From: Pseudolysinimonas sp.
GTDB taxonomy: Bacteria; Actinomycetota; Actinomycetes; Actinomycetales; Microbacteriaceae
Assembly: GCA_039928695.1 (NCBI GenBank)
Contig: JBDSSQ010000042.1
Coordinates: 1,216-65,215 of the forward strand
Direction of reading: 5' to 3'
Length of the DNA stretch: 64,000 nucleotides
Shown here: piece by piece, positions 23,159 to 32,549 of the stretch
Position numbering within the stretch: the first letter of the stretch is position 1
Layout of the letters: every line of letters starts with the position of its first letter
Translations under genes and position numbers: made by a program
Notes under the pieces: generated by a model
Database searches by the model: none
What the model was told of the DNA's origin: nothing
The model's input: the letters and a program-made list of their open reading frames with translations, nothing else

Positions 23159-23655
23159 AGGAACATCAAGAACGTCGCCGTGAGCGAACCGGCGAGCACG
23201 ACACCCACCAGCCCCGACACCACGATGCTCAGCACAGCCCAGTTGCGTCGACCGAGCCGACCGCCTCTGGTCTCGCGGATGCCGCGCACTCCATATGAGA
23301 TCGACGCGGCCACCAAGCCACCGACCACCAAGAAGTGCAGAACCTCGAGAGCGAGTGCCGCATTGACCAGGTTCTTCGTGTCGGACGTCAGCACAACGAC
23401 ACCGAGCGCCAGGGCGCCGACGACGATGTTGGCGACGATCCCGAGGATGGCCAGCTGCAGACTGCGGGTCGCGGCAAGGTCGACGGGCCGACCTTTGCGA
23501 TCTGTGGCGACCGCGTGAGCGGCGCCGCAGGTGGAGCAGTATGCACTGCTCGGGGCGAGACGTGCGCCGCACAGGGCGCACGAGAAACGGGTGATGGCGA
23601 CAGCGGTCTGGGGGAAGACCGTGACGGCGTGGGGGGCGACCGACATGTCCCCCAT
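23146..23655 (-). CDS. Zinc-ribbon + multi-TM membrane protein (hypothetical)
   Basis: The N-terminus ...FSCALCGARLAPSSAYCSTCGAAH has CxxC...CxxC. TM stretches follow (LQLAILGIVANIVVGALALGVVVL etc.). The start is ATG 23655 or 23646. Confidence 0.55.
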   Translation of the reverse strand: MGDMSVAPHAVTVFPQTAVAITRFSCALCGARLAPSSAYCSTCGAAHAVATDRKGRPVDLAATRSLQLAILGIVANIVVGALALGVVVLTSDTKNLVNAALALEVLHFLVVGGLVAASISYGVRGIRETRGGRLGRRNWAVLSIVVSGLVGVVLAGSLTATFLMFLAQH

Positions 23656-23950
23656 CCTAGGGACATTCGGCTGCGTGCAGGGTACGAGTTTTTTGGCGCC
23701 ATTCCTGGGTGTCGGCTGTGCGTATCCGGTGCTGGTGTGCGTGAACGTGTCCCCCGAACTAGGGTCGTTTCGCACAAGAGTGGGGGCTCACATGACCGGT
23801 GGATACAACTCTCGATTCGAACGCCGAGACCTGGTTCTGGCCACGATCACCGCCATCTTCGGCGCCGCCGCCGTCGTGATGGCGGGCGCTGGAGTCCTGA
23901 TGCTGATCGGGTGGCACCTGTAGCAGTTGCTGCTGGCCAGTGCCTCGCAC

Positions 23951-25204
23951 CTATGCCGCCGGGCCCGCCGTCAACGTGACCGTCACCTGCTGCGAGGCCC
24001 CCGACGCGTTCGTGTAGGTGATCGCAACCTGGTCGCCGATCGCGTGAGCCTTGATCAGCGAGCTCAGTGAGTCTGCCGATGTTGCAGCGACTCCGTTCAC
24101 CGCCGTGATCGTGTCGCCCGCCGCGAGACCGGTGCCCGCCGCAGCGCTTCCGGCGATGATGCCGCTGATCAGCACGCCCGATCCGGTCTGTGATGTGGCG
24201 AGTTCGACCCCGAGGAACGCCGGCAGGCCGATCACGATGCTCGAACTCGCCTCGCCGTTGACGATCTTCTTCGCGATCGAGACCGCCGTCGTGATCGGAA
24301 TCGCGAAGCCGGTGATGTTGCGTGATCCGCTCGAGGCGGCGGTCACCACGCCAGCCACCGCGCCGTGCTTGTCGATCAGGGGGCCGCCGGAGTCTCCCGA
24401 GACGACGTCGGCATCCGTCTCGATGAGTCCGGTGAGGTTCTCGTCGGCGCCGGTGATGTCGTTGGCGACCGTGATCGACTGATCGAGCGCGGTCACCGTC
24501 CCGCTGGCGGCGACCAGGTCGCCCGTCCCCTCGGCGTTCCCGACCGAGATCACCGCGTCGCCGGCCGACAGCGTGCCGGTCTGGAGGGTGGCCTTGGTGA
24601 GACCGGTGACATCCGCGCCGCTGCTGTCGACCAACTGGAGCACAGCGATGTCGTCGGTGGCGTCGGTTCCGACGACCTTTGCTATGTAGCTGGCGCCGGT
24701 GGATTCCACCGTCACCTCGATCGCGGTCGAGCCCTGCACCACGTGATTGTTGGTGAGGATCTCGCCCTGCGAGGTCAGGATGATGCCGGTTCCGGCCGCC
24801 TGAGCATGAGAGTCGTAGTCGAGGGTGGAGACGATCGTCACCACTCCGACCTTCTGGGCGGATGTTGCGGCCGTCGCATTCACGGATGCGGCTCCCGGTC
24901 CAGTGAAGGTGCCCTGCCGGCCGCTGCCGCCGGAGCCGCCGCTGCCGCCGTTCTGCGTCGAGCCGGGACCGGTGGCTTGACTGGTCGAACTCGCCGGCAG
25001 ACCGGCCAGCCCGGCTCCGAGACCGACGCCGCCCGCTCCGATGCCGAGCGCGATCACGGTCGCGCCGCCGATGAGGAGACCGCGGTAGCGGCGAAATGCG
25101 CTGGGTGCCTGAGACTGCGGTAGCGGAGACTGCGGTGCCTGAGACTGCGGTGCCTGAGACTGCGGTGCCTGGACCTGCGAAGGCTGGGGGTCGTTGTCGC
25201 TCAT
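23951..25204 (-). CDS. HtrA/DegP-like trypsin-fold serine protease with C-terminal PDZ domain
   Basis: A QAPQS-repeat N-terminus and one TM are followed by TNNHVV, DIAVLQL, GDSGGPL and a PDZ-like tail (GVLISGIIAGSAAAGTGLAAGDTITAVNG). Confidence 0.85.
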   Translation of the reverse strand: MSDNDPQPSQVQAPQSQAPQSQAPQSPLPQSQAPSAFRRYRGLLIGGATVIALGIGAGGVGLGAGLAGLPASSTSQATGPGSTQNGGSGGSGGSGRQGTFTGPGAASVNATAATSAQKVGVVTIVSTLDYDSHAQAAGTGIILTSQGEILTNNHVVQGSTAIEVTVESTGASYIAKVVGTDATDDIAVLQLVDSSGADVTGLTKATLQTGTLSAGDAVISVGNAEGTGDLVAASGTVTALDQSITVANDITGADENLTGLIETDADVVSGDSGGPLIDKHGAVAGVVTAASSGSRNITGFAIPITTAVSIAKKIVNGEASSSIVIGLPAFLGVELATSQTGSGVLISGIIAGSAAAGTGLAAGDTITAVNGVAATSADSLSSLIKAHAIGDQVAITYTNASGASQQVTVTLTAGPAA

Positions 25205-25325
25205 GTGCTCAGTTGAGGCCCGGATGCTCGGAACATCCTATGAATGGGCTGCACGCCAGCGCCCAGAACGCTCGGTGCGCGCTGCGTGATGCACGCCGGG
25301 GGCCGTGAGCTGCGGAGCCGAGGCC

Positions 25326-25706
25326 CTACTTGGAACCCGGCCGCTTCATCCACCACTCGGTGAATGACGTCGCCCGTCCATCGGCGGCGAGCCGGACCAC
25401 CCAGAGATTGTCGAACAGTTGCCCGTCGCTGTAGTCGACCTTGCCCTGCACGAAGGCCAAGTCGCCGTCGATGCCGACGACATTCCAGCTGAAGGTGGTG
25501 TCGTCAGGCCCCTCTGCTCGCGAGAGCCAGGTCGCCACGATCGCGTCGACGCCGTGCACCGGCTCTTCGCTCGGCCCGAACAGATAGTCGGCATCGTCGG
25601 TGAACAGCGCCCGGATGTCGGCATCGAGGTTGCTGCCCCACGCCGTGCGGTAGGCGGTCACCCAATGTGAAACGGTCGCAGTCGTAACGGTCGCAGTATC
25701 GGTCAT
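25326..25706 (-). CDS. NTF2-like/SnoaL-like small protein
   Basis: Its size (126 aa) and pattern fit: ...VSHWVTAYRTAWGSNLDADIRALFTDDADY...GDLAFVQGKVDY...WVVRLAADGRATSFTEWW. Confidence 0.55.
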   Translation of the reverse strand: MTDTATVTTATVSHWVTAYRTAWGSNLDADIRALFTDDADYLFGPSEEPVHGVDAIVATWLSRAEGPDDTTFSWNVVGIDGDLAFVQGKVDYSDGQLFDNLWVVRLAADGRATSFTEWWMKRPGSK

Positions 25707-25746
25707 GGCTCCGTTGTAGCGGACTCCCCCGACATGCCTGCGCTGA

Positions 25747-26667
25747 TCACGACGCGGTGATCACGACCTTGCCGCGCAGGTGGCCCGTCTCCAGCCGGCG
25801 GAATGCCTCGTCGACCCGCTCGAACTCGAATGACGCAGCGATCGGCAGCTCGAGGTCGCCGCTGACCACCAAAGCGGCAAGCGCATCCAGGGTCGGGATG
25901 CTGGTGGGACCGCGCCCGACGCGACGAATCCCGAACTCCTGAGGATCCATGGCGTTCGTGTTGATCCGGTGCGGCGGAATCCCGAGCTCGAGAAACTGCC
26001 GAACCGTGTCGGCACCTTGCAGATCGAACGCGGCCGTGATGCCCTCGGGAGCGAGCTCGCGCACGGCGTCGACCAGGCTCGGGCCGTACTCCACCGGTTC
26101 GATTCCGCGCGAGCGAAGCCAATCGTGATTGCCGGCCGACGCGCTCCCGATGACGCGGATGCCGCGCAGCACCGCCAGCTGCGACAAAATGCCGCCCACT
26201 CCCCCTGCTGCCGCGCTGACCAGGATGGTCGGGCGCGCCCCGGCATCGCCACGCTCAACGGGCTGGGATGCCAGCGCGTCCCATGCGGTCTGGCCGACGA
26301 GGGCGAGGCCGCCGGCAACGGGCCACGGCAGCGGGGCGGGCTTGCGCGCGAAGAGGCTCGCGTCGGCCACGAGGTGCGTCTGGAACGCGCCATCCGGAAC
26401 CGTGCCGAACACCTCGTCGCCGATGGCCAGGCTGGCAACGCCGCGGCCTACGGCCTCAACGACGCCGGCCAGTTCACGCCCGATGCCGGTCGGCAAGGTG
26501 ACGGCGTACTGCGGTCCACCCTCGCGGCGCTTGTAGTCCGCGGGGTTGAGGCCCGCGGCTCGCATGGCAACCCGCACCTGGCCAGGGCCGGGCTCCGTGA
26601 GCGGCTCGTCGACGAGCTCGAGCACCTCGGGGCCGCCGAACCGGTCGAACCGGACCGCACGATTCAT
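25747..26667 (-). CDS. NADPH:quinone oxidoreductase / MDR-superfamily zinc-type dehydrogenase
   Basis: MNRAVRFDRFGGPEVLELVDEPLTEPGPGQVRVAMRAAGLNPADYKRREG... plus the cofactor loop VSAAAGGVGGILSQLA. Confidence 0.8.
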   Translation of the reverse strand: MNRAVRFDRFGGPEVLELVDEPLTEPGPGQVRVAMRAAGLNPADYKRREGGPQYAVTLPTGIGRELAGVVEAVGRGVASLAIGDEVFGTVPDGAFQTHLVADASLFARKPAPLPWPVAGGLALVGQTAWDALASQPVERGDAGARPTILVSAAAGGVGGILSQLAVLRGIRVIGSASAGNHDWLRSRGIEPVEYGPSLVDAVRELAPEGITAAFDLQGADTVRQFLELGIPPHRINTNAMDPQEFGIRRVGRGPTSIPTLDALAALVVSGDLELPIAASFEFERVDEAFRRLETGHLRGKVVITAS

Positions 26668-26722
26668 CTCACGATCGTATGTTGACCTAGCGCCCCTACG
26701 GGTGCACGCTGGAGTCAGAACA

Positions 26723-26810
26723 ACTCATCGCCCAGAAGCGCCGGAGTCAATGACCCGCCACTGGGCGATGAGTCTGTCGGGCGATGAGTCTGTTGGGCGA
26801 TGAGTCTGTT
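26723..26810. promoter_or_regulatory. Iteron-like array: three tandem 16-bp units GGGCGATGAGTCTGT(C/T) (26763-26810) plus one inverted half-site ACTCATCGCCCA (26723-26734)
   Basis: Read directly. It lies in the 172-bp divergent intergenic region and ends 29 nt upstream of ATG 26840. Confidence 0.5.
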
Positions 26811-26839
26811 TAGCCAAGTTTCTGTCTAGATTTGGCTGC

Positions 26840-27901
26840 ATGGCGGTTCGAACCCTCGACTACTCCGCGCTGACGGCGCCGGTCTCACGCGCCGACATTG
26901 CGGCCTGGCGCGCCCAGGCACGCGCGTCGGGGCTCCCCTGGGCTCGCGATGCCATGTCGGTTGGCTCCATCGTCGGCGTCGGACTGTTCGTGCTGATCTT
27001 CTTCTTCGTGTTCGGCGGGGTGTTCACGTCGTTCGTGACCGAGGGCATTCGCAACGGCAACGTGGTCGGCGTGATCTTCCCCTCGATTTTCGTGGTGGTG
27101 ATCGCGTTCGTGACGATCGGCGCGGTGCGCACTCGGGTCACTCGCGGGGGGAAATGGGAGCAGTGGTTCCGGCTCGACCGGTTCGCCACGGCAAACGGCA
27201 TGCTGTTTCGGCCGATGGACTTTCCACCTGCTTATCCCGGCGAGATCTTTCACATCGGGCGCAACCCGGTGGTGACCGAACATCTCGAGACCAGCGGTCG
27301 CTTTCTGGATATCGGCAACTTCAGCTACATCACCGGATCTGGCAAGAGCCAGACCACGCACAACTGGGGCTTTCTCGCTCTGTATCTCGATCGAGCGATG
27401 CCCAACATCGTGCTCGACGCGAAAGCCAACAATTCGCTGTTCAGCAGCAACCTGCCGATCGCGCTCGACAGGAAGCAGATTTTGCACCTCGAGGGCGACT
27501 TCGACAAGCACTTCTCGCTGTATTGCCCCGCGGAGTACGAGCAAGATGCGCTCTACATCTTCACGCCCGACCTGATGGCACTGCTCATCGACGAGGCGTC
27601 ACCGTTCGATGTCGAATTGGTCGACCAGTGGATGTTCGTCTACTCGTCATTCCCGTTCGCGCTGACCGACCCCGCGGTGTTGGAGCGGCTGTTCACCATC
27701 GCAGACACGGTGGGAGCGAAAGCCGTCAACCAGACCAAGCACTACGCCGACGACCGGGTCGGCGACCCCGCTGCCAATATCGTCGCGCCGCAGGGGATGC
27801 GACTCAAGCGCGGCGCCTCGGTGATCGGCGTGGTGCTGGTCGTCGCGTTCATGAGCTTCTGGGGCTGGACGTTCTTCAACAGCTTCTTTCTGACGCCCTG
27901 A
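26840..27901 (+). CDS. DUF3137-like membrane protein
   Basis: Two N-terminal TMs are followed by ...NWGFLALYLDRAMPNIVLD...LHLEGDFDKHFSLYCPAEYEQDALYIFTPDLMALLIDE... This resembles the DUF3137 pattern (lEs.eF...F.vy......A.yilTP.lM..l). A C-terminal TM is present. Confidence 0.55.
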   Translation: MAVRTLDYSALTAPVSRADIAAWRAQARASGLPWARDAMSVGSIVGVGLFVLIFFFVFGGVFTSFVTEGIRNGNVVGVIFPSIFVVVIAFVTIGAVRTRVTRGGKWEQWFRLDRFATANGMLFRPMDFPPAYPGEIFHIGRNPVVTEHLETSGRFLDIGNFSYITGSGKSQTTHNWGFLALYLDRAMPNIVLDAKANNSLFSSNLPIALDRKQILHLEGDFDKHFSLYCPAEYEQDALYIFTPDLMALLIDEASPFDVELVDQWMFVYSSFPFALTDPAVLERLFTIADTVGAKAVNQTKHYADDRVGDPAANIVAPQGMRLKRGASVIGVVLVVAFMSFWGWTFFNSFFLTP

Positions 27902-27930
27902 GCCCTGACCCGTGGTGTTGACTATCCCTC

Positions 27931-29112
27931 GTGACCGATCGTGTCGTCGACTACTCGCCGCTAACCACCCCTGTCTCACCTCAGGAGGTGGATGCCTGGC
28001 GCGCCGCTGCCAAAGCGTCGGGTGCAAGTTGGGCGCGCATCTCGAAAGTCGTCACGTGGCGCATCGTCGTCACTCTCCTACTGGGCTGCACCCTCATGTT
28101 TGTCGCCTCGGGCATCTTCCTGGTACTGGCGCTCCCGACCAGTCCGGACTACTACAACCCCCAGTTCTTACCAGGGTGGTTTCTCGCGGGGGTGGGCTTC
28201 GACCTGGTCGTCGGTGGCGGCATCCTGATCTGGATCATCCGAATCATCCGTCGAGAGCACCGCCACTGGGAGCGCTGGGTTCGGATGGACCACTTCGCCC
28301 GCATCAACGGATTCAACTTCAGCCCCTCGCAGAGCGACCCGGACTACCCGGGAGCGATCTTCAGCCGCGGCGTTGTCCGCGCCGCTCAGGATCATTTCGA
28401 CACCACGAGCGGTCGTTTTCTCGATATCGGCAACTTTGCCACGACCGAGAGTGAGCGGTTGGGGCCGAAAACGACGACATGGGGTTTTCTCGCACTCAGC
28501 CTGGATCGAGTTCTGCCGCAGATGCTCTTGATCTCGCACGACCAGCACGGCGTGCTCGACGATCGCCTCCCGATAACGCCGGTTCAGAGTCAGGCCCTGC
28601 ACCTCGAGGGCGACTTCGATAAATACTTCACTCTGTACTGCCCGCCGGACTACCAGGCCGACGCGCTCTACGTCTTCGCCCCGGATCTGATGGCTCTGCT
28701 GATCGATGAACTGGGCATCCTCGACGTCGAGATCATCGACCGCTGGATGTTCGTCTACTCGCCGACCCCCTTCGACATGACGAGCCCGGCGGTGCTGCAG
28801 CGGCTTTTCCGGATCGCCGACACCGTCGGTGCCAAGACGCTGTCGCAGACCGAGCACTACTCAGACGCGCACGCCGCCGCCGCACCGACAGTGGTCGCGC
28901 CCGCGGTGGTCGGGCCGACGGTCGCCGCGCCCTCAGTCGCCGCGCCCACAGTCGCCGCGACCTCAGTCGCCGCGCCCACGGGCGCTCGGTTGAACACACG
29001 GTTCCCGCTGCGGTTGCGAGTCTCCCTCATCGTCGTCGGTGCGCTGGTCGGCCTTCAGGGCGTGGCCGCGCTCGCCTTCGTGGTATTGCTTGCCGTCCAT
29101 GGTCCGAAATAG
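27931..29112 (+). CDS. DUF3137-like membrane protein, tandem paralog with an Ala/Pro/Val-repeat insert
   Basis: The architecture is collinear with the upstream gene: TDRVVDYSPLTTPVSPQEVDAWR.., TWGFLALSLDRVLPQMLL, LHLEGDFDKYFTLYCPPDYQADALYVFAPDLMALLIDE. The repeats AAPTVVAPAVVGPTVAAPSVAAPTVAATSVAAPTG precede the last TM. The start is a GTG. Confidence 0.55.
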   Translation: MTDRVVDYSPLTTPVSPQEVDAWRAAAKASGASWARISKVVTWRIVVTLLLGCTLMFVASGIFLVLALPTSPDYYNPQFLPGWFLAGVGFDLVVGGGILIWIIRIIRREHRHWERWVRMDHFARINGFNFSPSQSDPDYPGAIFSRGVVRAAQDHFDTTSGRFLDIGNFATTESERLGPKTTTWGFLALSLDRVLPQMLLISHDQHGVLDDRLPITPVQSQALHLEGDFDKYFTLYCPPDYQADALYVFAPDLMALLIDELGILDVEIIDRWMFVYSPTPFDMTSPAVLQRLFRIADTVGAKTLSQTEHYSDAHAAAAPTVVAPAVVGPTVAAPSVAAPTVAATSVAAPTGARLNTRFPLRLRVSLIVVGALVGLQGVAALAFVVLLAVHGPK

Positions 29113-29138
29113 GCGAAGAGCTTCGCGCGACTGGTGAA

Positions 29139-30368
29139 CTAGATCGCCGGAGCCGGCCCCGCACCCGGCGTGCTCGGCGCCGAGGCGAGCGCAGCCACCA
29201 GCGCGCCGCGCTCCGCGGTGATCTTGCCGAGCAGCACTGCTTCGTCGGCCTGGGCGGCCGCATGGTCGCGCTGGGTGACGATGCGATTGCGCACGAAGGC
29301 CAACTGCGTGACATCCCGGATGTAGGTCTTCATCTGCTTGCCCTGCCCGCGACCCTTCGCCCAGGTCAGCGAGCGTCGACGCCCCGCCGGTGTGGCGAGC
29401 GACTGCACCTCTGCCTCGTTGAACCATCCGGCCGCCGCGTATTCCCCGAGCCGCATCTGTGTCAGTTTCACTTCTCGCCGTCGCAGCAGCACCACCCCCA
29501 CCAGCGCGATCACGAACAGCGGCACCTGCACGATCGCGTAGTAGCCGTAGAAGTCGTAGACGACTCCGAGGGCTCCGTTCCAGAGCGCGTGCAGCAGGAT
29601 CGCCGGGATCAGCCCGACGAAGAACAGCCCGATTCCGAGGATGCGGTTGCCCTGGCGGGCCGCGATCCCGATGAACAGGCCGGTCATCGAGGTGAACATG
29701 ACGTGCGCGAACGGTGAGAGCAGCCCGCGGATGAAGAAGATTTCGGCCACCGAGCCGTCGAAGCCGCCCTCGCTCGAGATCTGCACCCCGAAGTACTGGA
29801 TGTTCTCGCTGAAGGCGAAGCCGGCCGCGACCGTCGCGGCATAGACGATCCCGTCGACGGGGCCGTCGAAGTACTTGCGGGCCACCAAGAAGATCAGCAG
29901 AACGCCGAAGCCCTTTGCCGACTCTTCGACGATCGGCGCCTGCACGACGGACTGCAGCAGATCGGTGGCGTCGGAGGGCCCACCCCCCGCGCCGATCGCG
30001 CCCGACACGCCGACATCGACGGTAAGCGCCAAGACGATGGAGACACCGGCGCCCCAGAAGAACGCGAACAGCAGGATGCCGAACGGCTCCGGCTCCCAGC
30101 GGTCGATCCAGCGGATGCCGATCAGCACGATCGTCAGCGGAACGAGCGCGAGGATCCCCCCGACGAAGGTGAGACCCGGCCCCAGGAACGACAGGAAGTA
30201 CACGACGACGATCAGTGCAGCAATCCCGACGATCAGAAAGCCGATGATGCCGACGATCAGCAGCGTCGAGCGGTGCTGAACCGGTTGCGGAAGCTGAGGA
30301 TGCGGCGGCTCAAGAGTCGCCGTCTGCACCTCGGCTGGAGCCTCGGGGGCCGTGATGCCTGCTGTCAT
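29139..30368 (-). CDS. prsW: PrsW-family intramembrane glutamic/metallo-protease
   Basis: It is multi-TM with IVEESAKGFGVL and AILLHALWNG, the PrsW EExxK / HxxxN-type motifs. Confidence 0.75.
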   Translation of the reverse strand: MTAGITAPEAPAEVQTATLEPPHPQLPQPVQHRSTLLIVGIIGFLIVGIAALIVVVYFLSFLGPGLTFVGGILALVPLTIVLIGIRWIDRWEPEPFGILLFAFFWGAGVSIVLALTVDVGVSGAIGAGGGPSDATDLLQSVVQAPIVEESAKGFGVLLIFLVARKYFDGPVDGIVYAATVAAGFAFSENIQYFGVQISSEGGFDGSVAEIFFIRGLLSPFAHVMFTSMTGLFIGIAARQGNRILGIGLFFVGLIPAILLHALWNGALGVVYDFYGYYAIVQVPLFVIALVGVVLLRRREVKLTQMRLGEYAAAGWFNEAEVQSLATPAGRRRSLTWAKGRGQGKQMKTYIRDVTQLAFVRNRIVTQRDHAAAQADEAVLLGKITAERGALVAALASAPSTPGAGPAPAI

Positions 30369-30390
30369 GGCTCACACCCTACTGGCGTCA

Positions 30391-31173
30391 TCACCTCTGC
30401 TGCTCACGCAGGATCGCCAGCGCACGCGCGACGCGCGTACCGAGCCCCGGCACCCGCCCCCGCGCCGGGATCCGGGCGCGTTCGAGCAGCGAGGCCACCT
30501 CTGCACGCTGGGTGTTGAGCACGGCGTCCAGGGCCGCGTTCGCGATCACCCGTGCCCGAAGTGAGACCACGAATGCCGCGATTCCGAGCAGGGCGCCGAC
30601 GCCGAACCCGACAGCAACGAGGGGCGAGAAGAGCAGGGCGGCCAGCACCGTCAGGCCCGCGAGCACCACCACGCCGACTGCGCGCAGCACGGTTGCCGCC
30701 TGCGAGCGTCGGGTGCGACTGCGGTCGGCCCGGTCGAGCCGCTCCTCGAACTCGAGCAACTCGGGGCGCTCGAGCGTGAATGACGAGCGGTCGCGCAGGT
30801 CGCGCCGGATGCGCGCGTAGGTCGGACGCTCGCGGCGCACCACCGCCACGACCGCCGTGATGCCGATCAAAAAGGTGAGCAGCGTCAGCGCCAGCAGAAT
30901 GGATGCCCCGACGATCGGCCGGTTGTCGTTCCAGACCAGCCGTGCTGCCGAGTCCACGCCGAAGGCCACGATCACGGCAAGCGCCGCGGTGACGACCACC
31001 GTCCAGCTGAGTTCGCGCACGCGCACCCGGGTGAGGGTGTCCGGCTCGCTGTCGTCGTCGGCGCTGAGGGCGCGACGCGCCTCGATGACGCCGCCAATGG
31101 CATCCGCGATCATCAGGCCCAGCACCACGCCGCCGATGAACAGGGCGCTCGTGAGCAGGGCGGGAATGTTCAC
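30391..31173 (-). CDS. Hypothetical multi-TM membrane protein
   Basis: The 260-aa ORF has at least 5 hydrophobic segments and an Arg-rich central loop. I recognise no family. Confidence 0.5.
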   Translation of the reverse strand: MNIPALLTSALFIGGVVLGLMIADAIGGVIEARRALSADDDSEPDTLTRVRVRELSWTVVVTAALAVIVAFGVDSAARLVWNDNRPIVGASILLALTLLTFLIGITAVVAVVRRERPTYARIRRDLRDRSSFTLERPELLEFEERLDRADRSRTRRSQAATVLRAVGVVVLAGLTVLAALLFSPLVAVGFGVGALLGIAAFVVSLRARVIANAALDAVLNTQRAEVASLLERARIPARGRVPGLGTRVARALAILREQQR

Positions 31174-31182
31174 GGTCTGACT

Positions 31183-32475
31183 TTACGTCGTCGCCACGAG
31201 CGTGGTGCGTCGCGTGATGCTCACGCTGACCACCGCCGCCACCACGCACAGCCCGGCAGCGCCAAACCAGGCCCAGGTGTAATCGCCGAGTGCATCGCGG
31301 ATCACGCCGGCGGCCAGCGCGGCCGACGCCGCACCGATCTGGTGCGCTGCGAACACCCAGCCGTAGACGACCGCGCCGTCTTTGCCGAACACCTCGCGGC
31401 ACAGCGCGGCGGTCGGCGGCACGGTGGCCACCCAATCGAGCCCGTAGACCACGACGAACAGGATGATCGGCGGCTGCAGGGTTCCCGCCGAGATCGCGTT
31501 CAGCAGGAATGGCAGCAGCAGCAGCGAGATGCCCCGGCCCGCGTAGTAGGCCGCAAGCAGGATGCGCGGGTTGATCCGGTCGGTCAGCCAGCCAGAGGCG
31601 ATCGTGCCGACGACATCGAAGATTCCGACCACCGCGAGCAGGCTCGCCGCCGTGGTCTCACCGATCCCGTGGTCGTGCAGGCTCGGGATGAAGTGGGTTC
31701 CGACCAGTCCGTTGGTGGTAGCCCCGCAGATGGCGAAGCCGGCGACGAGCGCCCAGAAGGTCCGCACCTTGGCGGCCCGGCCGAGCACCTGGATCGCACG
31801 CTTGGCCGGATTGACCGGGCTGCGCTCCGGAAAGGTGGGCACGGCATCCAGCGGCGATCCATACGGTGTCATGCCGAGCTCTGCCGGCGAGTTGCGCAAG
31901 AAGATGGCGACGATCGGAACCACAGCGAGCGCGAGCGCGGCGATCAGCAGTGACGCCCAGCGCCAGCTCTCGTTCTGCGCGATCGACGCGACGATCGGCA
32001 GAAAGATCAGTTGGCCGGTCGCGCTGCCCGCCGTCAGCACACCGGTGATCAGGCCCTTGCGCTTCAGGAACCAGCGGTCGGCCACCATCGCCGCGAACAC
32101 CAGGGCCATCGACCCGGTGCCGAGTCCGATCAGCAGTCCCCAGGTCAGCAGCAACTGCCACGACTGCGTGACCAGGGTGCTCAGGGCCGAGCCGGCCGCG
32201 ATGAGCACGAGAGCGGTGCTGGTGACCTTGCGCAGGCCGAAGCGTTCCATCAGCGCTGCGGCGAACGGGGCGGTCAGCCCGAACAACAGGATGTTGACCG
32301 ACACCGCCGCCGAGAGCTCTGTGATGCTCCAGCCGAACTCGGTCTGCAGCGGCACGATCAGTGCGCTGGGAGCCGAACGGAATCCCGCGGCTCCGACCAG
32401 GGCGAGAAAGGCGACGGCGGCGACGATCCACGCCGGGTGCACCCTTCTCGTTCGTCGCAATGGGGAGGTCGTCAC
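31183..32475 (-). CDS. MFS transporter
   Basis: The 430-aa protein has about 12 TM segments and an MFS loop motif (LMERFGLRKV). Confidence 0.8.
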   Translation of the reverse strand: MTTSPLRRTRRVHPAWIVAAVAFLALVGAAGFRSAPSALIVPLQTEFGWSITELSAAVSVNILLFGLTAPFAAALMERFGLRKVTSTALVLIAAGSALSTLVTQSWQLLLTWGLLIGLGTGSMALVFAAMVADRWFLKRKGLITGVLTAGSATGQLIFLPIVASIAQNESWRWASLLIAALALAVVPIVAIFLRNSPAELGMTPYGSPLDAVPTFPERSPVNPAKRAIQVLGRAAKVRTFWALVAGFAICGATTNGLVGTHFIPSLHDHGIGETTAASLLAVVGIFDVVGTIASGWLTDRINPRILLAAYYAGRGISLLLLPFLLNAISAGTLQPPIILFVVVYGLDWVATVPPTAALCREVFGKDGAVVYGWVFAAHQIGAASAALAAGVIRDALGDYTWAWFGAAGLCVVAAVVSVSITRRTTLVATT

Positions 32476-32549
32476 CCTTCGAGTATCGCGCTCACGCGAC
32501 TCGCGACGCTGGGGATCGACGTCGAGATCCTGCCGTTGTGCGGCCGGAT

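Noticed and set aside
23792-23923. 43-codon ORF encoding a single-TM peptide (MTGGYNSRFERRDLVLATITAIFGAAAVVMAGAGVLMLIGWHL).
   Set aside because: It is plausible as a small membrane protein, with a G-rich stretch upstream. It is too short to support from sequence alone and I recognise no family. I left it out of the feature list.
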